Origin: Vitrella brassicaformis CCMP3155
Taxonomy: Eukaryota; Protista; Chromerida
DNA length: 64,000 nt
Direction of reading: 5' to 3'
Assembly (NCBI GenBank): GCA_001179505.1
Contig: CDMY01000312.1
Span: 1-64,000 of the forward strand
Numbering within the stretch: position 1 is the stretch's first letter; each line of letters begins with the position of its first letter. Shown piece by piece: positions 1 through 11,400 of this stretch. The translations under genes and the position numbers were made by a program. The notes beneath the pieces were generated by a model. That model did not search any database. It was not told where the DNA came from and worked only from the letters and a program-made list of their open reading frames with translations.

Positions 1-1152
1 ATCAGCTGCAGGTGTGCGAGGCCATTTCTTAGCACGATGTACACAGCACATACCAACCCCCTCAACCAGGTGCGGAGCCCACGGTTGGCCAGTGCATCCC
101 ACGGCACCGTCGACCAGTCTGTCTCTGCGCAGTCAGAAGGTTAGAGTGAGGACAAGAAAGCCAGAAGATGCATGCAGGCAGACAGCCACACCTGTTCTTT
201 GCCTCCCTCTCATTGTGTATATGCAGGTGGTGTCGTGACCGAGCCATTCCGGCCGCTGTGGCCGAGCAATCAGCAGCATCCCGCCCTCCGGCGGCGTTCT
301 TCTCCATCCTCAACGGCCATCAGAAACCCAGGTGGGAGGGTGGGGACACTGCCCACGTGCCATCTATCACTCGACCATGGCCATGGCCGTGTCCATTCAC
401 CCCCGTATCAGATAAGGAGGAGGGGCAGAAGGAGGGGTGATGTGCTTTTGTGCCAGATGCTAAGATGGTGGTGGAGCCTTCGCCTGCAGCATCTGCAACG
501 GCCGCGCCACCGCCTCTGGTGAGCGACACTCATTGACACCCATCCATTCATCCGTGCCCAAATACATGCCCCTGTCTGTGTTTCCTCCAGCTGATCGTGA
601 AGGAGAGTTGGGGCTAGTCGTCAGCGTCTTCATAGCGCTCGACGAGCATACCGCGATCGATCGGTACAACGAGTGGCTGGTCCAGGGAGGGCCTTCGGTC
701 AGCAAGCATGCACCTTGTTGGCCATCAGCATACCAGCTGCTTGTGTTTGCTTGTATGCCTGTCAGGCTCCTTGATAGAGGAGATGTGATAGCTTCGGCGA
801 GCCATCACTTCACGCAGCCTTCCTGTGCCCAGTTGCCGAAGTGCCCGCAAGCGTTGGACAGCAGAGAGCAGGTAGAATACCACCACACCCCACTGCTGTC
901 TACGCTTGCACGGATGTGTGCGCCGCTGCCATGCAGGGGTATGAGTCGGGGGAGTCGGTGAACGTTTCTATCACTGGCGTCGTGAATCTGCAGCGCCACA
1001 GCGTGCAGATCGACTCGGGAGACGATGCGCGCCTTCTCCCCACCCCCACCCACTGGCGGGTCAGTGCACTAATGTCTCTCGTCTTCTTGCGTGCACCTTC
1101 ACCATCCCCTCGTCGTCTTTGCGCCTCTGCTCTCCTGCGCCTCCTCAGGTGA
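1..1152 (+). CDS. 3' part of a multi-exon hypothetical protein that starts before the window
   Basis: Plus-strand acceptors (tgcag, gccag, tccag, gtcag at ~226, 457, 589, 767, 936) open exons such as DREGELGLVVSVFIALDEHTAIDRYNEWLVQGGPS, LLDRGDVIASASHHF and GYESGESVNVSITGVVNLQRH. No family recognised. Confidence 0.45.
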
Positions 1153-1771
1153 GGGTGGTTTATTGGCGGCCCTTCCATGCAGCGCAAGTGCACGTGGCTG
1201 CAGCAGCAATGGGGCTACATAGATAGATAGCTACATGGATGGATGAGAGCAGAGGTGGACTGCTCAATGATGTCTGCGGATGTAGGCCTCTGCATTCTCG
1301 TGTGTGTGTGTATGGCTGTGTGAGTAAGGGGTGGTAAGAGAGTGAGATCGAACCGAGGAGACCGAGGAGACAGCAGAGACGGTGCAATCTGAATGAAAGC
1401 TCAGTGTCCGAGACATGCATGAGCCTCCAAACATGTCGTACCATGACACCCCAAGTACCAGGGCTCCGCGCCCGGTGGTGCTCCTTTTAGTTTGTTGCAT
1501 GGGTGGATGCGATGGTCTGCAAGGGTATATGGAGCTGGACAGTGCTCACACGAGATGAACAAACAGGACTGCAGGTGTGTGTGTGTGTGTGTGTGGTGTG
1601 TTCTGTGAGCAATCACACGGCCATTCACAGAAGCATGGAAGTAACGCTCAACCAGGAGTTCAAGTCTGCCGAATCCTTGGCATGTCTCATGCAGCCCAGC
1701 AACCAGCTACTGCCCTTCTCCCCCCCCCTCTTCAGCCTTCGCGCCTCTGATTCATGAAGTGACAAACCATG

Positions 1772-3843
1772 TCATGGCAGCATGCCATGGTCCTTCATCC
1801 AGTTGCGCTGCCTCAACACCTGGTAGGCGAATTTGAAGTAGTGCACGTTGGTGTATCTCAGCTGACTGGCGAAGCCATTCCACCAGGGGAAAAACTGCTC
1901 ACACACCTACACATGTACACACACGATGTAGACACACGATGATGCCATATAGTCCATCGTACCTCGCTGTTGATGTCCTTGAGATCCGGATAGTTGGCCA
2001 TGTTGTGCACGCCCCAACACCTTGGCCTCGTGTGGCCAGACTGGTGCACGCGATCGATCACAAAGCGATCCTTGGCCAAGGCCCTCACCTCCTCGGTGGC
2101 CCCCGGCTTCGCTGCCTCGATGCAGAAGTGGTCGGACAGATGACACGCATCATCGTATATGATGGTCATCGGCTCGACGATCCCCATGTCCAGCAGCCGC
2201 CGGCGAAACTTCGCCAGCATCCAGGCGACCTGTGTCGTGCTCTCTGGACGAGGCAACACACAAAAGTCTGCCACGCGACCGCAGGGATGGATGGCCACGA
2301 GGATCCCGCTGGTCTTGTCTCCGATCCTCACGACGCTCATCGACCCTGGTTTGTCCTTGTGCGTGTTGCAGTCCTGGGAGCAAACACAGCCAATCAGGCA
2401 AAAGAGAAATAGGCATACGAGATATTCACGTGAGTCATCTCTGACCTCGGAGCGGTGTTGATGTGCGTCTGCTTCCTGCGGCTTGGACCCCCTTGCCGCC
2501 TGCTCCTGAGGTATCGATTTCCAAAGCAATAGGCCAGAGCGTCTGTTGCTTGTGTTCTCTGCATGCCCTGCAAGCATTCGTACCGACTGTCCTCTTTCAG
2601 CCGCAGGGGCAACCACTGGGGCAGCCATGGAAACCTGCCCCCATTCCAGTGAGACAAGAAAGGGCGCTCTAGCACTTTGGTGCGTATAAGCCCGAGGTAC
2701 TTGCCTGTCCGGCGCCCATGTTGTCCTCCATTGGGTCCACATTCATGGGAGCGCAGTCTGCTGACGACGCAGATACTCCGGTCGCCTGCACAGCCAATGA
2801 ATGCACTGAAAAACCCCTTGAAAGGCGTCCAGTGTAGCTTCCGTACCTGATGCGATCCACCGTTGTGCTGTGGCGCAGCCACCGATGCGAGACAAGACAT
2901 GTCGGTGTCACCGTTCACCAGTACCACACAAGACATCTCGGTATCACCACCACAGCCCGGCGCCTGCCAGAAGTGTGACAGGGCCATGATGGTGGAGACG
3001 GCTAATGGGCCGACAGGCAACCACATACCTTCGCAGACACGCCGCTGTCGCCCGACTTGAGCAGCTGCAACACCGAAGAGGAAGATACATTGCTGCTGGA
3101 GTCTGTGTTTGCTGGTGGGCCGTACACAAACCTCTAGGATCCTGTCGGTCTCTGCCTCTTGGTCTGTGTCGCCTTCACGAGTAACTCCTCCCTGCACTCA
3201 CCCATTCACCCCACGATGTTGTTTTTCGTCGGGCTGGCAGAAAAGCTCGTCTGTCCTTACCCCAGCTGCCTTGCTCTTTGCGCCTTTCTGACGTGCGTGT
3301 CTCCTCGCCAGTCGAGCACGCCCCACGTGTCGCTCAAGGAGGCGATGACGCTCCTGCTCTTTCACCGCAGAGCATGTCTTGCCGTCCTCAAAGACGAAAG
3401 AGTCGATATCCGCGTCACACAGGATGTCCCGTGCACTGACCTCTGGCGCAGCCGGCGGGCGAGACGGAATCAGCTGTCGCTCTGCCTTTCTTGCTATCGC
3501 CAACTCTTCCGCACTAGAGAGTGACGCAAGCTGATGGCGCTGCTGGACGGGCGCGCGCCGCTTCTTCGGTGGTGAGCAGGATCGATCGGGGGCGTTCCTT
3601 TTCAGGCCCGCCCTGCGACCGCCATGATAAAAGGTTAGGGCCATCTCCGCCCCGTCCTTTTTCACCAGCTCCTCGACCGGCGCCCAGTGGCTCTGTCGCT
3701 CTTCGAGTCCCTGCCCATCTATCGTGTGGTACCGATAGTAGGGCCTCATGTCCCCCGTCTCTCGATCCCGCCGCTCCTCATGGCCGGTCACGCTGAGGAC
3801 AAAGGCGCCCGCGATGGATGGCCGAGGCTGGCCGTCCTCTCCT
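1772..3843 (-). mobile_element. Spliced KDZ (Kyakuja-Dileera-Zisupton) transposase-domain gene with an upstream chromodomain-like segment
   Basis: Exon 1963-2373 encodes DCNTHK...TSGILVAIHPCGRV...ESTTQVAWML...TIIYDDACHL...FVIDRVHQSGHTRPRC...DLKDINSE. It splices in phase 0 to exon 1772-1906, VCEQFFPWWNGFASQLRYTN...*. These match the KDZ motifs YDxAC, IDxxH-x2-GH-x-C and NxExCEQ. Upstream exons join in compatible phases up to ~3843. Confidence 0.82.
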
Positions 3844-3899
3844 AGGTGCTTACGTAGACATGTGTGAAGTCAAGAGTCAATGTGTGATTCAACTGACCA

Positions 3900-6170
3900 G
3901 CTGGCCAGACGCATCTATCTCGTCAGTGACATCACTATCGTCGTCCTGGAAACCAGTCTGCTGGACCACACACAAGCAGACACAATGTGAGCAAGGGAAT
4001 GTCTGAGAGTGTGTCATGATACCCCTCTGTGGCCGCGTCCCTCCCTCCTACGGCCGCGTGGGGGCGCCCGTCGATCGGCGGGAAGTGGCGCATCGTCCTC
4101 CTCAAACAACTGTCCACATGACTCTACCTGCAAACAGGAAATGGCCGTTGTCGCCCATGGATTCACTTGTGTGTGAATATATGCGTACGCTGTCCGCTGC
4201 TTCTGCTGTTCCAGTGCCCCCTTCCCTGCGCGATGGGGGCCTGTCGAATCGGCCCTGCAATCGCTGAGCTAATTTCTAGTCCTCCTCCTCCATCTCATCC
4301 GTCTGGTTGATGTCGTCATGCACTTGCCTGGCATATTCCTCGTCGAACTGCAGGAGACACATAGAAGGGGAATGCCGACAGATGGGAGTGATGCAGCTGA
4401 TGTGAGTTGTGGGTTATATATATGCGTCCAACCTACCACTGGATTCGCCACGTAGCCTAAGGGTGAGGCAGCCGCTGCAGCAGCAGCTGCTGCCGGTGCA
4501 GCTGGTGCCGATGACGGTGACGGGTGGGGGTTCTGAAGGGCAGCCACCGAAACAGACACATGGATGACCGTCAAGACAGCCGTGTATGGAGCAATGTGTG
4601 TGCGTACTTGGGGGGGTTGATAGCCACCACCGCCACCACCACCACCAGCAGCAGCAGCAGCAGCGGCAGCGGTAGCTCCAGATGAGGGTGCGTTGGAACC
4701 TCCATGTCTCTTGAAAACGACACCAACATAGGCAGGAAGAAGCAGCCATTGCGAGACATAGCAGCGGCAGGTTTGGTGGCCACATGATGTCGTGTGTATG
4801 TGTGGAGGATGCCCACCGGTTGTGCGTGTGGTGCGGGGTGGCCGCCAAACAACACAGAATCGCCCGGAGCAGCCCCACCGCCCACCTTTGCCTGCACACA
4901 TCCATCGAACAACAACGACGTGAATGGAGTTTGTCCGCCATTGAATGGGGATAAGGTGGGGAGGGGGGAGGGGAGAGCGTATGTGATGATGCCTACGTGA
5001 GGGGAGTGGGGTGAAGGTTTGGGGGAGGCCTCGCCTACACCAGTTCCACCAATCTGCGCACACACCAAGACAGCCAACAACAACAACGCGCCCGATGACA
5101 TGGGTCTGTTTGGATCGTTTTCGTGTGCACAGTGGTGTGCAGGGCCGTACCTGCGCGCCAGTGTTCGCTTCAGCTCTGCGAAACCCATAGATCTTCATCT
5201 TAGGCCCCTGCATGCGTCCAATACATTCACCACTTATACTCACATACGTACATGTGCATCAGTGCGTCTTGGCGAGTCATGTGAGTGGGAAGGACGTACC
5301 TGACCCCTGTCTGCCGCTTCCTGTGGTTGGTCGTCGTCGCGCTCTAGGTCAATGTGGATGGGCTCCCGCGTCTGCGCTACGCCCCCAGACACACCCTTCC
5401 CTGCTCGGCTGCCGGTGCCCCTGCTGCTACCGGCCAGCCCAGACGCCAAACCGCCACGACCTATCCCGTTTGACACACGAACAGGGGGATGCAGGAAAGG
5501 AAATGAATGGTGTTGTGTGACGTACCGAATGGTGCAGACCGGCCGAGACCAAACATCTGTGCATCAACCGACACATGCAACAAAAAAGGGTGAATGGATG
5601 TGGTGTTGGGGGTGGGGAGCCTCTGGTGTAAGATACCTGTTGGTGTTTAGAGGGGGCCAAGTTCCAATCGTACGCCGGCCCCTGCTGTTGGTGCGGGTGA
5701 CTACTCGACAACATCTGCTCCGACCCAATGTCGTCCCGCTGCACAGCCACACATCCATCCATACAAATAGCAGAGTGAACCATGGGTGAGGTTGTGTGCC
5801 GCTGGATGGGGGTCAGCTTCGCGTACCTGCTCGGCCTCGTAGAGAGGGGAAGAGACCTCCTGTTGACCCACAACAGACAAGCCCCACACATACATACACG
5901 CATCCACCACGCAATGGATGGAAGATCTGTGCAAGCACGTGCGCACCATGGGAGCATACGGAACATCAGGTTGGTCCTGGGATGACGAAGCAGCGGCGGC
6001 GGCGGCAGCAGCAGGAGCTGGTGGCGACGGCACGGCCGACGGGGACGCCAAACCGCTGTCACGACCACCCTGAAAGGCGACACCCACATCGACCAGCAAA
6101 GAGACGATTCATAGAGTCGGTGAGGGAGGATTTGGTGTTGTCGACTTACCTGCCCTTGGTCCGTAGAGGT
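3900..6170 (-). CDS. Upstream low-complexity exons of the same KDZ locus, with one in-frame TAG at 4276-4278; the 5' end is lost in the gap
   Basis: A series of short GT-AG exons, mostly phase 0, encodes Ala/Gly/Pro/Gln-rich sequence (e.g. GGRDSGLASPSAVPSPPAPAAAA, REPIHIDLERDDDQPQE, FDEEYARQVHDD...EED*KLAQRLQ). They lead in frame into the 3843 exon. Confidence 0.55.
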
Positions 6171-6239
6171 GTGGTACGATGCAGTACGACCCACCTGCAA
6201 CACACACCGCAAACAGGCACACACGCACCACACCAATCC

Positions 6240-6539
6240 NNNNNNNNNNNNNNNNNNNNNNNNNNNNNNNNNNNNNNNNNNNNNNNNNNNNNNNNNNNNN
6301 NNNNNNNNNNNNNNNNNNNNNNNNNNNNNNNNNNNNNNNNNNNNNNNNNNNNNNNNNNNNNNNNNNNNNNNNNNNNNNNNNNNNNNNNNNNNNNNNNNNN
6401 NNNNNNNNNNNNNNNNNNNNNNNNNNNNNNNNNNNNNNNNNNNNNNNNNNNNNNNNNNNNNNNNNNNNNNNNNNNNNNNNNNNNNNNNNNNNNNNNNNNN
6501 NNNNNNNNNNNNNNNNNNNNNNNNNNNNNNNNNNNNNNN
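6240..6539. other. Assembly gap (300 N)
   Basis: Run of N. Confidence 0.99.
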
Positions 6540-6829
6540 CGACCCCCCTCGGGGGGGCTCCCCCCATTCCGGGTTCGAGACCCCCCGGTCCCCCATTGGG
6601 GGCCGGGGGAGGGTACGGCCCCCATGCATGCCTGAAATGCGGCGTCTCCCCCAGAGAGACGCCAAGCAACCCCCACCTCGCGCCCCCACACCGTGCCGTT
6701 CGGCCGTTGAGCCGCCATTCGAAAGCCGAGCCCCATGTCCACTTTTTGATTCACCACGCCACGCCAAGGCAGGGCGGCCTCTTCGTCCTTGGCAAGACGT
6801 GTTCCAGGACGAAAGACGATCAGTCCACG

Positions 6830-8224
6830 ATGACGAAGCGTGCCCGCACAGCCGCGAACGCGTCGGCGGCCTCCTCGGCCGCCTCCCACACGCAAAGCCG
6901 CTTCCCCGACGTGCTTGGTGAAGCGGGCATTGTTTTGGCGGACTTCCTCTCTCCAGCGGACCTGTATGCCCTCCGGCGCACCTGTCCCGCGGGGAGACAT
7001 CAGCCCGGCGACGTCTACTTCATCCACCGCATCAACCGCTGCATCGCCGACAAGCAGATAGGGGGCTTGCTGACATTCGACGCCAACTACCAGCCGGGGG
7101 ATGGCGAGGACATGCCGCGTGTGGCGTATCTGATGCAGCTGCTGTACGTGCTGGACGAGGGCGGCCAGTGGGGTCTGTGGATGGGCCCTCTGCGCATCGC
7201 CCGACACGGACGGCTGGTCCAGTCGCTGCCCATCAGTGTGAGGCCGGCGGACGTGCGGCGTGTGGGGTCCAAAGCGGTGTTCGACGGCCGGGCGGACAGC
7301 CTCAAGCAGTACAGCCTCTTCGGCCACCTGATGGGGCAAGATGGGGTGGTGGCCCTGAGACAGATCGACGGCATCGAGCAGCTGGGTGAGACGGTGGTGA
7401 CCGTCTACACTCAGGAGACCCTCCCCGCCGACCATGAGTTCGCCACTTCGTTCGACCCGACGGACCCCATCGTCAGAGGTGGGCGAAAAAACACCAGCAC
7501 AGTGGCACGACAAGGCGATGCTAATGTGTGGAGCATGGCTTGTGTGGGTTCCTTAGTCAACAATGAGGTGGATTATGCGAGTTTCCGACAGCTGGCCATC
7601 TTGCGGTGAGGCAGGCGACGCCAGCCATGCCACTCGCACACAAGCAGACGACACATAACCTGTCTGCTGTGTGTATGCGCCGCCTCGTTTCTTCGCCTAG
7701 TTTTCCGTGTGAGGAGCAGCTGATGTGTCATCGCACGGACCTCACCGGGGACAGCTCACGAGCTGCCCTGGCTAACAGACTGCTGACACAAGTAGGGACT
7801 ACAGACGTCTACGCTTACCTACTGTCAATCAACTAACTTATTGCTGCAGGCGGCCATTCCCTGGGGTCGCCAGACCAGAATGGTGAGCATCGACGACCAT
7901 CGCCGGCGGAGTGGCTCCATCTACCTGTGCGGAGAGGGCCCGAACGACAGCTTTGCTGCCCGCGTCCACATGACACGCCAGCCAACCTTCTGGACAACTG
8001 TCCTGTACACCACTGAGGCCCCCAGACCGCAAAAGGAGGGATCCCTTCGTTTCCCCCGGACAGCGAAGCTGACTGCAACCTGTCTCGGGCGCAACGACAA
8101 GGAGCGGCTCTTCGATCATTTGAGGTATGAGCAGCTGTCGTTTAGGATCTGCCGGAAAAGCACGAATGCAGTCGCCCCGAAAGCAAAGGCCAAGGCCAAG
8201 GCCAAGCCCAAAGCAGCACCGTAG
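6830..8224 (+). CDS. Lineage-expanded Vitrella-type hypothetical protein, multi-exon
   Basis: ATG at 6830 (MTKRARTAA...). Core LLYVLDEGGQWGLW..LPISVRPADVRRVGSKAVFDGRADSLKQYSLFGHLMG and C-terminal IYLCGEGPNDSFAARV..LYTTEAP resemble the paralogous segments at 50134-52055. TAG stop at 8222-8224. Confidence 0.7.
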
Positions 8225-8408
8225 GCAACAGGAGACACGCAGAAGTGGGGGGTGGGGGGTGGGTGAGGTGGGTGGGGCGATAGCTAGATGGATAAGTCGG
8301 TCGAGTGCCTTGTCGTGTTTGGACTTGACTGTACGGTGCGTGAGAGAGTCAGTCCATGCAGTGAAGGGGACTGATCGATGTGGCCAAACACGTCGCGTAA
8401 GTCAGCAG

Positions 8409-11400
8409 TCAGGAAGTGGCCAATGGGTTCAACGGGTTCATGCTTCTGCAGTGCCTGCGTGAGGACTGTATGTGTTCGAGGGTCTGTCTGGTCTGGTGTC
8501 ACTCACGTCTTTGTTTTGTGGTAGCCATGACAGACAGTCTCATCGTCATGTGATATGATGGACATGAAAGACAAACATGTCAAACCGTCACTGACTGTGA
8601 CTTCACATGCAATTCAGCCATCCACCTGTCCGTCCATCTGTCCACCCATCTGTCTGTCTGTCTGTCTGCCTGTCTGCCGCCTCTCACTGCCAATGCACAA
8701 TCGCCGTGTGCGGGTGGTGCAGTATGTGCAGCCACATGTCATTGCCATTGAAGAACCGGTCACTGCCCACCACCACCAAGTGGCGCCTGGCACGGCTGAG
8801 GGCCACATTGGTGCGGCGGGGGTCCTCACAGAAGTCCTCGCTCGACGACTTGCCGCCGCTGTTGCGGCCCCCCGACCGGGCGAAGAGGCCCCCGCCGCCG
8901 ATGCTCTTGCGCTTGGGCGGCTGAGATGCGGCGGGATTGGCACTGGCAGCAGTCGGGCTGGTGGTGGTGTTGTTGTTTCGTGTGTGTGAAGTGGATGATG
9001 GGAATTCTCTGCGGACGGTGGATAGGAAAATGATGTCCTTCTCGGCGCCCTGGAATGCGTCGACCGTCGAGACCTGAGGGACGACACACATGCACAGCGA
9101 ATGGGGCATTGTTGTGGTGTCTCTTCTGTGCTCTCGTGAATGGATCAAACCTGGATGTGAGCTCTGCCTTGGAATCGCGCCTTGACCCTCTGGTCGATCT
9201 CAAAGGCTTGCTCTGCGCCCACACACCACACACCATATGCATATGCGCACACACACAGCCCGAGATGTGTCTGCAGGCCGCCGGCGGCTTACTTCTGTAC
9301 AGCGATATGACTCCGATGGACGCCCCCTCTGGCCGGTTCTCTCTCTGGAGCGACTGCAGTGCATCCTCGATCATGTTGCAGATGGCCTGCGCCTCGTACT
9401 CGTTGCGATAAGACACACCGTTCCTAACCTCCCTGTGCCAATGACCCCACACACCACACACACACGTTTTTTACCCACCTTCGCGAATGCATTCTTGTTG
9501 TGTCTCTGGCTGCTTGCATGCGCACTTGTTCTGTGGGTGGTTGGCCTGCAGGACGACAGCGCTGAGCGGCGCCCAGTTGTCGATGATGGGGGCACGGTCG
9601 CTCTCAGTGACGCCGTCCCACAGCTCGCCCTCGCCGTAGAAGAGCTCGCGGCAGAGACACGACAGGTGGGGGTGGCAGCGGTACTGCGTGCGCATGGGGA
9701 GGGGGGCGATGGGAGGGGGAGGGGCCATGTGTGCCGACGGCAGGGGGGCACCGTCCTCTGGGTCTTCCATCCAAAGACGGTCGAACAGAGACATGCAGAG
9801 ATTGCTGTTGCCCTGCATTAGTGAGTGACATATGGATGGACACACACGGAGATGTGGGGGTGGGTGGGTGACCTTAGTGATGGGAGGTAGTTGGTTTGGG
9901 TCTCCGATGGCCATCCACCGCAGAGCCCGGAAGCGCACGAGGACGGCGACCGACTGCGGCTCGATCAGCTGAGACGCCTCGTCGATGAACACAAACGGAC
10001 AGCTGCCCTCCAGCCTGTTCGGGCAGACCTGGATGGATTGATGTGTCTCTGTGTGTGTGTGTGTGTGTGTGGATGTGTGTGTGTGGATGCCGACCCGCCG
10101 AGCGCTTCGCTTTGCATGGCTGTGGCGCATGTGGTGGCGATGATACGAACACGGCCCTTCCAGTCCTGCACACACACAGACGGACACATGGATGCCCAAT
10201 CCCGCCCCTTCCTCTCCGTAAAACCACCTTGAGTTGGGGTGGGTATTTGCCCTGGTCGACGAGTGTCTTGAGCTGCAGCAGCTCCTGACGCAGCAACGCG
10301 TCAAGGTCCCCCCCACCCTGCTGCCCCTGCTGCTGCTGGCGGGCCCGATTGCTGCTGCTGCTGCTGCTGCTGCCAGTGCCCAGCCTGAGGTTGAGGGCCT
10401 CGGTGAACTCCTGCAGACCCCTCTTCCTGTCCGTAACCGCACTCGCCGCATACCTGATCCACACACACACACACACACACATGGGTGGGTGGTGGGTGGA
10501 TTGGTGTCTTGTGTTGGTGCATTGAGGTCACTTGAGGACGTTGGGTTTCATCTCCTTGGGTGAACCGATTCGGATGAGCTGCTCTTGGGGCATGCCGATG
10601 GCGGCCAGCTTCTCCACCACGCCGTCGACCGCCACGTTGGTGTTGCACACGAGCAGGATCTTGCTCTTGCACCCCTCGGCACACAGCACCCTGATCGACC
10701 CGACCCACACACCCAGGTAGGTAGGCGTCCATCCATGATCCATGCCAGCACCCATGGCTCCGTTACTTGGAGAGGAACATGAGAGCCGCCGCCAGCAGGG
10801 TGGACTTGCCGCTACCGAACACGCCGTGGACCAGCAGGCAGGGCGCCTCGGGGGTCCCGGCCTCGTCAGCACTCCTGCATGCTGCCGATGCTGCTGCTGC
10901 CGATGCGGCGGCTGCTGCTGCGGCTGCTGCAGACGACGATCGTGGGTTGTCATGGAGATCGTTCTCTACGTCGAAGTCATCGGGGTCCGCTGCAGCCGCT
11001 GCAATCTTGGCACGATCGAGGTCGTCATACTCAAACCTGACGACGGACGGCAAAAGGCGGAAATCGGAGTGCATTCAGGTGTTTGTCTGTCTCGATGGGG
11101 TGCGTGCGAACCAGTCGGCGATGGCCTGTATGACGCCAAGCTGGTCGGCGTTGAGGGTGGGTGAGTTGTAGGTGACCTCTTCAAGCAGCTCCTCCGCTCG
11201 GTAGCTCGTCACCTTCACCTGTGTGTGTGCACACAAACACACCGCACCACAGCCGTGGGCGAGGCTCTCTGTCTGATCGTGTGTAAGTGTGTGGCTCGTC
11301 TGTCTGTCTGTCTGTCTGTGTGGCTGACCAGCTCGAGTTGAGTGCACCAGGGGGAGGAGGAGGACGGAGACGCAGACGCGATGCTGAAGGAAGATACACA

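Noticed and set aside
5427-7609. Long ORFs of 250-476 aa spanning 6240-6539
   Set aside because: They are open only because the N gap translates as X.
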